Source of the DNA: Bigelowiella natans CCMP2755
Lineage: Eukaryota; Protista; Cercozoa
NCBI GenBank assembly: GCA_000320545.1
Contig: ADNK01000649.1
Coordinates: 1-35,712 of the forward strand
Reading direction: 5' to 3'
Length of the DNA stretch: 35,712 nt
Shown: positions 12,645 to 23,852 of the stretch, piece after piece
Layout: every line of letters begins with the position of its first letter
Position numbering within the stretch: the stretch's first letter is position 1
Made by a program: the position numbers and the translations under genes
The notes under the pieces: model-generated
Database searches by the model: none
Told to the model about the DNA's origin: nothing
What the model saw: only the letters and a program-made list of their open reading frames with translations

Positions 12645-14197
12645 ATGGGGGCCAACGTGTCCCGTACTGCCCTTATCGGCGTTCCGGCCGCAGCAATTGC
12701 CACTGCAGCTGCGTTTTCCTTAGGCCTTCGCAGGAACCGAAAATCGCAGCAGGTTTTTTTTGACTGCATAGTTCAACCTCGCTTTAAGTGGGGATGAGGA
12801 ATGTCACATGCGTGTTGACCATCGTCAATTCTGACGGCTACTTTTTAGGAGGATAACAAGGATGTTCCCAAGGGCCGTGTGCTGAGCATTTCTTCGACAG
12901 TCGTATACGGTAAAAGATTGGGTTCGATCATCGATCGACACGTTTTCGCCTTCTTCTGGACTGCCAAATTGGCCTGAACAAAGACCCTTTTCAGGTCATG
13001 TCGGAAACAAATCCAGCACGTTTCCGCTGCAGCTCCTGGGTTTCAATGTTGATCCCATCAATTCAGTGCAGGTTAGTCGAGAACGAAAATAAGCGTGAAT
13101 GTCCAGTCGATTAGGGGACACGCGGGGAATTATTTAACGTTGGATGCACTGCGTCTGGCTCAGCTCAATATGTCTTTTTCATTCCCTTTCTCTTTATCCA
13201 CAGCTTTCGAACCACACTGGTTACGACTACTTTTCCGGGGATCGATTGGAAGTAGTGTTCTCACGTAAACTGACAATACCTGCGCCGCCTCATGAGAAAT
13301 GCAAGAATCCTATTTTTCTGTGCGAATCGCCGATTTAATAGGCCTGTCGGTCGTGTCGTATGATCAGGGAGCGCAGTTGAACGAACTTCTGAAGGGCTTA
13401 GAGAAGAATGGCCTCTTATTGACCTACACGCATCTCATGACTGGATATTTAGGTAGAGTCGGGGGGGGGTCTGGAAATAGTAATGGTGGTAATGATGTTT
13501 TTTGTACCCCCACCCTATTTCTATTAACCTAGGCAAACAATCGTTCATTGAGGCGGTGGCCACGCTCGTGGGAAACCTTAAGAAGTAGCCTTCTACACTT
13601 TTCGCTTCTTTCTATGGATGAATAAAGGATGCATGAAACCATGATGAAAGAAAAGGGGAAGTTGTGTCAGAGAGCGGGTTGAAGGAACGAATGGAGATAG
13701 TTAATAATGAGAATCTAATGGTTATGATGATGATGATGATGATGATGAATGAGGGTGATAAAAAACGGTGTGGTGATGAACAATAAAGCTACATTTCATC
13801 AAAATTCTCATTATTTTGTTTAGGAGCAACGCGGAGCTGACATACATTTGTGACCCTGTTATGGGAGATGACGGCAAGCTTTACGTGCCGAAGTCCTTCA
13901 TTCCCATGTAAGTGAGCACGCAGCGGATAAAGTAACAGCAGCTGCAGCAGCATAAGAAAAGCAGTTGGATTGTGAGTAATTATGATGGTGGTGGTGATGG
14001 TGATGATGACAATATTGAAATCGGTTCTTCTCGTCCTTCATGATATAAATTCTGACGAGTATAATAACGACAATCGCCAAATAGTTACAAGGAGAAGCTC
14101 ATCCCTCTCGCCACCATGGTCACGCCAAACCAGTCCGAGGTGATTTATAGTGATATATATATGTGTGCGCGCGTGCGTTTGTGTTGTGTGTGTGTTC

Positions 14198-14272
<75 letters not shown>

Positions 14273-15589
14273 AACTTTATCCACCGTCGTTCGCATCGTT
14301 AATACATATATTACTTACGTATTGTGATGAAGGCGGAGTGGCTTTCTGACATGAAGATAGATTCGCTCGACGGCGCATACAAGGCCGCGTCTAAGCTCCT
14401 TGAGAAAGGCCCAAAGGTGCGAGCACCCCAGTTCCATGGTTTGAAAACATTCAAACTCACCAATATCTTTATTCTCCTCCCTCCGCCACTTCCTCCTCCT
14501 GCTCCTTTCAGCTTGTTGTGATCACGAGCTTGCAGCTTCCAGGGAGGGAGACGCATATAGATGCCATCGCCGTTAGTCAATGTATTACCAAAAGTGAAGC
14601 TGCTTTGTTTTGGTCTTTCGCCTTTCGAATGATGATAATTATTATGATGATGATGGTAATGAGGAGGAGGATGGATGCCGAGGACTCATTTTCTAATCCA
14701 CACCTCCTCATATTCCTCTTTGTTTTAGGCATGGGGAACAATGGGAAATACTACCATTTGGAGATTCCGAGGCAAGCAGGGAAGGTATTTGCGTCTGCAC
14801 GCGCAGTCTTGCCCCCCACCCCCCATCCTCCTCCTCTACATCTGAGGATGGCACTGCGGCCCCATAGAGCATACTTCATCAGATGGCACCACGTGATCTC
14901 GATTTTTGCCGCTCTAGTCCTCATCATCTCTTGCTTGTTATGCGGCAGTATTCTGGTTGTGGCGACTTAACAACTGCGCTGCTTTTGGCGTGGTACCACC
15001 GCCACCCAACGGACGTCAAGGTAGGAGGGGGGGGAGTATTAATAACATAGACGATTGTGTACGCTCAAAGACCGCTCTACCCCCCCCCCCCCCTCCCCTG
15101 AAGATTAGTCAGCGGAGAGGTGGGAGGGTTGAGTAGACATTCGCCTCAAGCGATACTACAGGAATGAAAACTGATGGTTTTTACTCATCGATTGGCGTTG
15201 CTGCACGGTAAATAAATGTCAGGCGATCCTGGAGAACACCTTTGCCTCGATCCAGCATGTCATCAGACAAACGCGCTTATACGGGGTCAAACGGTGCAAG
15301 TGGACAGGTAGTATGTGTTACTAGTCGCAGCGGCTGTATTGCTAGTCGCAGCAGCAGCAGCAGCAGTCATATAGGATAAACCAGTGTAATAGGGAGGGGA
15401 ATTCGATGAGAGGATGAAATGAAGGCTTCTGGGCATTTATCGGTTGTTTCCCTGCACCATTACTCATCGTTACCTCCCCTTTTTCGATGATTTGCTTGTT
15501 GGGCAGAATTGGAGCTAGTGAATAGCAAGAATGCCATTGAGTTTCCCCAGCCGACATGCAAGGCAACGTTGCGTGAGTGCAAAGACTGA
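12645..15589 (+). CDS. pdxK: Pyridoxal kinase (PdxK/PDXK, ribokinase superfamily), 14 exons
   Basis: Spliced exons give [101 protein letters not shown] and [14 protein letters not shown]. These are the hallmark pyridoxal kinase motifs in order, with consistent intron phases. Stop TGA at 15587-15589. Confidence 0.93.
14199..14270. repeat. Compound (CT)n-(GT)n microsatellite in a pdxK intron
   Basis: Directly visible. Confidence 0.95.
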
Positions 15590-16524
15590 GATGAGAGGTC
15601 ATTTTGCAGTGGTGCACAGCATCGGACTGTGGAATGTGCACGGCTTAATTCCACGAAGAATTAGATTTCGTCTTGTCGTGACTCCTGCCATAAGCCGGAG
15701 GGCGATGAGTTCGATGTAAATTAAGAATAACAACCCCAGTACAACCCCAGTAACGTTCATCGTGTTGTTATAGGGCTAGTAGGCTATGGGCACATGCCGC
15801 GTAGGCGTAATAACTAGACTCGCATTACTTCAAATGGACGAATGCAATCGTGAGCACAATCAGCCGAACATCGCATGGTCTAGTGGTGATATATTGACAT
15901 GGATGCAGATGATCATTCGCAAAAATGACATCCCAAACGAGTCTTCGCTAAAAGTCCGCCGGTAGCATATGTTGAGTTTTATTTATCATGAGTGCTAGCT
16001 AGCTAGCATCGCTATAAGCTCTATGCAAAAGGGGCATGGCTGACGACACCATGAAAATTGCTCGATTTGTGTATTTGTGTAATAGCATTCGTACATACCG
16101 ATTTCTGCCCCATCAAACAAATTGCACAATCAATTGAAAGCATCATAGACAGGGATGACGACACGAAATAATGACTATCTGTCAACGAGAAGATAAAGAC
16201 CAGACGATCGCATGCACGCGGCACTCCATGCATGTACGACATTTCATCAATGCTTCCAGAGCATGAACCACATAGCTGTTCAAACAAATAAATACAATTT
16301 AAGCATCGTAGTAGCAGCACTGCACAGCTACATTAGTGATGACAATTGAAAAGATTTAACTTATTCATTACATCCTTCTCACATCCCGAGGTCTCAGATT
16401 AATTGGGTTGCCACACGCACCATTTCAGTTTAGCATTATTACAGGGATACATCAAATCGATACACCGCCCTACATTTTTACAGTACTTTCCTTCCGAAAC
16501 AAGCCCGCAACAAGGCAATGATGC

Positions 16525-17595
16525 CTACAATTTCGCAAAAGAGTTGCCTTCGCTGATAGATTTAATGCACAGCATCCTGGCTGCTGCTACGCTGCCAACT
16601 ATCCCTGCTTGTCTGTACGTATGGTTGTTATCATACAAATAAATGGATGAGCGGGTAAGTGCACAACACAATGAGAAAGAGAGAGGGGGGGGGGGGGGAG
16701 GGAAAGAGGGTATAAGGTGGGTAAAAATGACATTAAAAATAACAATGGTTCCCATTTATCCAAATTCCGACAGCAAATTCGCTCCCCACATCCCTCTAAT
16801 TTTTTCAGTTCGTGCCAATTCAATGTCGTAGACTTTGAGTTATTTGGCGTAACGACTCTGATATCCACCCCCGCCCCCCTTCTACAATCGAGATCTGACC
16901 GGCCTGCGGAAGCGAGGGCTATTCGGGTTGGAGTGGGCAAGCATGTCCACGTCTCTTTCTTTATTTCTGCTCTCAGATTAGCAAGGAGCAGAGAGCCCGA
17001 CTTCCCCTCCGCTACGCCACCAGCCAATACCTGGTAGTAATGTAGTAGTAGTATTTATGTTGTTGTCGTTGTTGTTGTCGTTGTTCGTGCGATTGGGGTT
17101 GTTTAGAGTTAGAGATATTCTTCTTCTTCTTCATCATCATCATCTTCTTCTTCCTCTAGCAGTACTATAACGGCAGGATCCACGATGCGCATGAAGTTTA
17201 TGCACCCCACTGCCAGGAAATGGCACATCTTCACAAATAGCAAAAATCAACAGCAAGAATGAGAATATGCACAGAATTAGAAACAAGAAAAATTTGAGAT
17301 TTGGGAATGCAAGGGCATGCCGACGGTGCTAATTTGCAGGGGAGAGGCACCATTCCAAAGCAGCTGTTATGAAAGATTACCTCCTTGACAACTCCGAGTG
17401 CCGTCTCATCCCCACTCAGCGCGTCTTCAAAGACCTTTTGTTCGTTTATTTGGTAGAATCAAGCAGAAGAAAACGCATGCGGAGATGGCTGCATAGCACG
17501 GATAACTACCTGCTTACACGTAAGGGGGCCGTCGTGTTTGGAGAGGCTTGTCGCTGTTCCGCATTCCTTACACCTCTTGATTTGTTGCCAAATAG

Positions 17596-17628
<33 letters not shown>

Positions 17629-17815
17629 CGCGCGTGTTTGTATTAGAATTGTAAGCGAGGCGCGTTAGTGTGTGCATATCCAAGTCCTTCTGATTCTTTT
17701 CGTCTTTGTTGTGTAGTGAAAGCAGAAGGCACAAGCGGCAGAAGCGGCAGCGTACGTACCTCCATAGCATCCTTTGCCAATCCTACCTGCATTATATTCA
17801 GTCGTGTGTGTGTAT

Positions 17816-17855
<40 letters not shown>

Positions 17856-17895
17856 GTGTGTGTGATAGAGAAAGGGGGGAGGGGGAGGAGGTGGG

Positions 17896-17938
<43 letters not shown>

Positions 17939-18228
17939 CCGTGATCTATAATTATCCAGAAATCCCCCCAGCTTCCCCTTAACCAAAACAAGGTCACTAT
18001 TGCAGAAAATTGGAAGTTGATCAGGAATAGTTTGGCCGATTTTGGCGATCATCTTCACGTGTTGTTGTGATCGTTGTTGCATCATACTGTTTGCTCTTAC
18101 CACGCCTGTTGCGCTGCAATACTGCTCCATGCAACCGCGCTGTATAAAAATGAGGCAAGCTTACTTTAACAGGAGGCGCCAAAATACACGGGCTCCCCCC
18201 CCCCTCTCTCTCTCTCTCTTTCTTTAAC

Positions 18229-18267
<39 letters not shown>

Positions 18268-19975
18268 GTGCGTGAATGAGGTTTCTCCTCCCAACTTAGT
18301 TCTTTGCGCAGAGGGCCAACACAACATAGCGTATCTATATCAGACTAACCTGTCCGCAGGGGCATGGCTTCCCGCCTTGGCATACGATGTGGTGTCCCCC
18401 TTCGTGTATTTAATAATATGCACTTACTTCATATATTACAAGCAGGCATGTATAGCAGGGGAGAGGAGGGAGAGGAGGGAGAGGGGGGAGAGGGGGGAGA
18501 GGAGGCGGGGGAGGGGGTAGGGGGTAGGGGGTAGGGGGACCTTCAATCGTTCCCGTAGCTCCAGATACCAGGTTTCCGCCAAGAATTAGACCCGCCCCGA
18601 CCTTAGGCAACCGTAAACATTCATCACAATCACAGGGTGAAGTCAGTGGGAGCGCGCTTTTTCGAATGCCATCATCGTCGGCGCTGCTGTGTACGGATGG
18701 TTGGCGCGATGCGACAATGCATACCCCAGTCCCAAGAGTCAGAAGCACGAGGTCTTTGACAGGCTCCTTCTTCGCCTTGTTCTTCTTGTTCGTTTCCTTC
18801 TTCTTAGACTCAGAAGGATGCCCGGCTCTGCCACTGCTGCTGCTGCTTGCCCCCTTTCCATCATGTGCCGCCCCCACCCACAACTCCGCGCATGTTGCAG
18901 CATCTTAGATATATTGCATAAAACGGGGTTCAGGTTTAGAGAGAACACTTGAAGCATCCCACAGGGGCTCGGAGGATGCGGAAATTGTTTTTCCTCTAAC
19001 AGCTACTAATATCTACCAGTTTAATGATGCTACACAACGAAGGATACCCACACTACATCTCATACACCTATGAATGCTGCTTCTCACCTGCATCGTTGAC
19101 CAGCACAATCGGGAGATCGCTCCTTAGCTCATCTCGCACCTTCCACACGTTTATTGACGGGAAAATCCAACGCCAACGTGATTTCAATGTTGCTGTACAT
19201 CTCAAACGCAAGTTAGCGAATCACCATATCAGCGAGGGGCACGTCTTTCCATCCTGGAAAATTGGCCGCCTGAATCACGCACCTGATTATGACGGGCAAG
19301 TAAGAGAGAGGGGGCAGGGGGTGGAGGCAAGCAAGCCATCCAATCAACTTAATATCTTTAGAAAAGCTGGCAACAACGCAATGAAGGAATGCTTTTAGCC
19401 CTACCCCCCTCCTTTTCTTCTTCCACGCATCATGGATGATTTACCCGTTGCTGATGCCTCCAGGAGCACCGACTCCAACTGCTACAATCTCGAAAATCCT
19501 ACGTCATGGACAATCAATGTCTTTGTGTGCTCGGTGATAGATTAATATGCTGTCAGAATCATGGGAATTTACGTTTTTCCGGCTTTTCTGAGAGCGTGCG
19601 TCGTACACGTGCCGATGCGCTTCACCACAGCCAACTCACTCTTCTCGCCCTGATTTGGTGTTTATGACGACGAGGACGATGATAATGATAACAAAATGAC
19701 TTCCGTGTATACAATACATCGATGATTCATAGAAGTGGCAAAGCCAACATCATCATCATCATCATCAACATCATCGTTGTTATACCGCATGAGCTATTGA
19801 GTGAGAAGCAAGAACCCGCCCTTGACCATCAACCACTCCGACCTAACGAACATAGGCCACCGTGTGTGCTCGGTTTAGGGACAGGCGTTGGAGAAAAAGT
19901 CACCTTCGCACTTGTGCCCCCGAGATCAACGCCGATCCATATACTATCAGGGCTCAATACCTTCTCCTTCTTCAT
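16525..19975 (-). CDS. ROK-family sugar kinase (bacterial-type glucokinase/NagK-like), multi-exon; additional 5' exons possible up to ~20400
   Basis: Exons encode IGVDLGGTSAK (19905-19945), IVAVGVGAPGG (19455-19490), AANFPGWKDVPLAD (19230-19275), LVNDA..AATCAELWVGAA, LLTLGTGVGAGLILGG, EGGHHIV...CPCGQRGCMEQYCS (Zn-binding ROK signature), VFEDALSGDETA, DPAVI..LAGGV and AGIVGSVAAA. Stop at 16525. The ATG at 19975 directly follows a splice acceptor, so the true start may be upstream. Confidence 0.9.
18458..18538 (+). repeat. G-rich polypurine tract (GGGAGAGGA-like units, then GGGGGTA repeats) in a ROK intron
   Basis: Directly visible; many runs of 3 or more G. Confidence 0.9.
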
Positions 19976-20095
19976 CTGAACCCCATCAAAAACATGTTTA
20001 CAAATCTCACGGGCTCGCTCTCAAATTTAGCACGTGATGCGATCGCTATACGATCGTCACAAGTGCGCTCCGAGAGTAACATCGTAGAGCATATT

Positions 20096-20096
20096 T

Positions 20097-20179
<83 letters not shown>
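20096..20179. repeat. Compound (GT)n-(GA)n microsatellite
   Basis: Directly visible. Confidence 0.95.
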
Positions 20180-20181
<2 letters not shown>

Positions 20182-20429
20182 AGTGAGAGATGTGCTCAGA
20201 GATCCTTTGGTTAGACCCGTCGTTCATGGTGGTTTCCAGCCGGCTTACAAAGCTGGATGCCCATGCTCCTCGCACAGTACTAATGCTGAGCGCATAATCA
20301 ACAATGACGAATCAGTTCGGGAGAGGCGTGGGAGGGACGGGGGGGGCGGGCTGAGTTGATGACCCTTACCAGCTGGGACAATGGTTGCCCTACAAGAACA
20401 GGGGCTCTTTTCCTCTTTTGGTTCCGAGC

Positions 20430-20640
20430 CTTGACGGAAGTTCGAGGAGGGGGGGGATTCGGATGTCACCGGATAAATGAGTGAGATCTCAACTCGGAAC
20501 CCAAAAAGGGAATTTCTTCTTCGGCTATTTCGGAATCCAAAAAGATGCCTACTTTCCCTCGGATGTTTCCGGGATTGATGAATGAAAAATATCTTCGAGT
20601 GAAATGAGCACATCCTCGAGTGAAATCAAAATGACGGAAG
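20430..20640. promoter_or_regulatory. Divergent promoter region between the ROK kinase and DUF202 genes, with short internal direct repeats
   Basis: Head-to-head arrangement. CGGAA(C/T)CCAAAAAG occurs twice, ATC(T/C)TCGAGTGAAAT occurs twice, and GATGTTTCCGGG lies at 20562-20573. Confidence 0.5.
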
Positions 20641-20869
20641 CCCTTCCAGGATATTTTCGGTGTAAATTCCTGACCAAACGAAGCTCATTCATTGAAGGGT
20701 TCGAGCGCCCCAAGGCTTACCTAGTCTCGAGACGGAAGTGCGGTAAGCGAGGGGGGGGGGGGAACGGGGGAGGAAGAGTGACGATGATATGGATAAGCTT
20801 TAATATTTACGGCTATCGTGTCACATTCAGGAGTGGTCATTGGAGGGTCCCCCCCGTAGAACATCAACA

Positions 20870-21104
20870 ATGCCAAAAAATCTTCTTGGAGCCAGCGAAT
20901 CGTTGCAAGGAGGTGGGAAGGGTGATTTTCCCATCCTGGCAGGAGGTTCTTCTGAGGGAAGGGACGGTGTAAGGTTTACACCTTTGCTGGAACACAAGGA
21001 AGAGGAGGAGCTCAGGAAGCACATGCTGATCAGGTCCGTTGCATGTAGAATCGTAGCTCACAATAAAGTCATATCCGCTCATGGGTTCCTCATGTAGCAT
21101 TTCC

Positions 21105-21167
<63 letters not shown>

Positions 21168-22241
21168 ATCCATGCTTTATAATCAGAAACGAACGCAGAG
21201 ATAGCTTCACAAATGCTAGCTTCACCAATGCTGACATCAACGACTGCATCGACTGGCAGTTTATGAGTAATAATCAGACCAAAACACCGACCGATGAGCC
21301 CTACGCACCCATGAATTTCTTTTCGTTGACGTAATGTCATCAAGTCCGATAGAGGGAGATGTACGTGAAAAAATAATAAGCTGGCCTTCGTTAACAACAA
21401 CAAAAATTTCATGTATATGGCTACCACATCGAAAGTCTTCCTTTAACAGCACTCTGCCTGTGTATATGGTCGGAAAACAGTCCTGTTTTTGCCCCTTTTC
21501 CGGGAACCAAGGATATAGCCAAACTCTCTTTTATTTACCTTTCATTCCTACAACTTGCTCACAGGAACTGCTCTGGCAAACGAGCGCACGTTCCTAGCAT
21601 GGGTCAGAACTTCACTTACCCTATTTAGTTTTGGGTATGGCATTCTCAAGGTAGGTGGTTTCTCAGCTCTTGATTATATGTAGTGGAGAGCAGATTTAGG
21701 TCCCAATTTTTACAAATGTGCTCGAAAACAGTGAAAGAAGATATCACCCTGCTTACATACCCCCCCCCCCCTCCAAATAATGATGGATATGTTTCAGGTT
21801 GAATCCTACCTCCACAAAGACGAATTGCCATGGTACGACCATGTCGTAGCCTACGTATTCACCTTCGCCGCCATTTGTGCATTCGGGATCGGGTGTTTAA
21901 GGTACTGAAAAATAACGCGCACATTCGAGGCAAATGACCAGTGCTCCTATGCAAATACCATCGAAAGACACACCCTTATCAAATTTTACTTTGAACGTGA
22001 TTGATGTCCATCCCCTCCCACTGCAGATTTCGGGAAGTGAAAAGTATTCTCAGGGTTGCGGATCATCTGGAACCGAAGAGCATCTCGATGAAGTCGTTCA
22101 TGATACTACTAACTTCCGTTCTGGTATGTAGAAAAAGCAATAACGTGCGTTCGCTGCTGGAATTGTTGATGGTGATTGCGATAGAGAACAATGATACTTG
22201 CAGCATTCCCTACCAAATTTGGTATGACTAACGAAATTATT

Positions 22242-22284
<43 letters not shown>

Positions 22285-22364
22285 CTTTCTCTCCCTCTCC
22301 CTCTCTCCCTCTGTCTTTACAGTTTTCCGGACTTCTTAGGGAAATAATAAATGACATAGTGTAG
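20870..22364 (+). CDS. DUF202 (YidH / VTC1-like) membrane protein with a soluble N-terminal extension; start and stop approximate
   Basis: Exon 21565-21650 reads TALANERTFLAWVRTSLTLFSFGYGILK, the DUF202 signature. It is followed by hydrophobic segments VVAYVFTFAAICAFGIGCLR (~21840-21901) and SFMILLTSVL (~22095-22123). Upstream exons lie at ~20830-21033 and ~21187-21325. Confidence 0.75.
21106..21166. repeat. (GT)n microsatellite in a DUF202 gene intron
   Basis: Directly visible. Confidence 0.95.
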
Positions 22365-23054
22365 CTGCTAAATGTAACACATTCCCTAGAATGCGATGGT
22401 TGGTATTCTCTCGTCATGTCATAGTTGTCGTCAATTATTAGCGAAACTACTATTCTCCAAATCTTTCGCTTATCTTTTGGTGGTGTCACGAATTACCGAG
22501 CTGTCGCAACTGTGCGCGCTGCGAGCGCTGAGAAACGCACACACACGCTCCCTGCGTTGTGGTGCCGCGCGCGCAGAGATCTCATGCATTACGACGCATC
22601 ATCATGCGCGCCTAGTATGTACTATGCTGCGCATGCATTTGTAGCAGGTAAGTCTTTCGTCATACAGTCATACTGTCCGCGTCCATGCAAATACGCGCCC
22701 ACGCACAGCTCCCAACATCTTACCTAGTGTGATTTCACTACACACACGTGGCAACATTTGCTTGTGTTCGCTATCGCACTGAGTGGTCCAAGTCGCCTAG
22801 CTGTACCATAGCACTCCATCACATCTACAAAATGTGCAGGCTGCGCGCACACATAACCTGATAGCCATGCGTCCCTCATATGCTAGTATGCAACCAACAT
22901 ATATGCTTATGTACATCTAGATACATGGGTGAAGCAATGCGGCATGATCGAAGATCAACAATAGGCACGAGTCACAGGTAGAGCGTAGGCAGCGTAGCCA
23001 CCCTCCCCACTCCATTCTCTATACTTATTTTTTTAAAAAGTCGCTCAGGCTAGA

Positions 23055-23788
23055 CTAGAGTTCATCCTTTGGCGTGCGGTCCCCTCTATTTCCGCCAGGA
23101 GGAGATGCCGGGGCCGGGCGGATCATACTCTCGATGTGGATTGCAATAGCATTGAAGCTCATGTGGCCCTGGTAGGGGATGATTCCGAGCTGAAGCTGCT
23201 CGCCCTCCTTAGGCACGCCTTGCGGCGCGACGATGATGATAGAGGGCGTCTTCTGGATCTGGAACTGCTGGCTCATCTGAGCATCCGATTCTTCGCGAGC
23301 CCGAACTGGAGCAACTGCCCAAATTCGATCTCGAGTGCTTTTAGCAGAGCGGCGGTTCCTCGAGATCTTAGTACACATTGTTTTTTAACAGCCGGGGGGG
23401 GAGGGAGGGGAAGGCAGAGCAGATATTCAGATTTTGGGGGGGGGGGGGGGGAGGAGGATGAGGACTTTCTAAAAGCGGGGGGGGGGGGGGGGGGGACAGA
23501 AAAATGAATCCTCTATAACGAATTCGACGCATGCTTGATTCTTATTCCGCCTCTTCCAACGTCGTTGTCATCGTCTAAAAAGTAGCAAGTGCACCTTCGA
23601 GGGGAAGAGCATGAGGCGCGCCGTTACGGGCCCATTACCACCCTGAAACCACGTTTCAAGAGTTCGGCCTTGACTTGCGTCCAGGCGATATATCGGCTCA
23701 GACGGGGAATCTCTAAGCAAAGACAGCGAGTAGTCTACAATGGCTTTCTCCTCCAGAGCCAGCTGTAACAATGTATTTTCATATTTAA

Positions 23789-23852
<64 letters not shown>

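Noticed and set aside
16525-22364. ROK kinase plus VTC1-like gene as a polyphosphate-glucokinase module
   Set aside because: The kinase has the Cys-rich Zn motif typical of ATP-dependent ROK kinases, which characterised polyphosphate glucokinases generally lack. Head-to-head pairing is general in this window, so adjacency is weak evidence.
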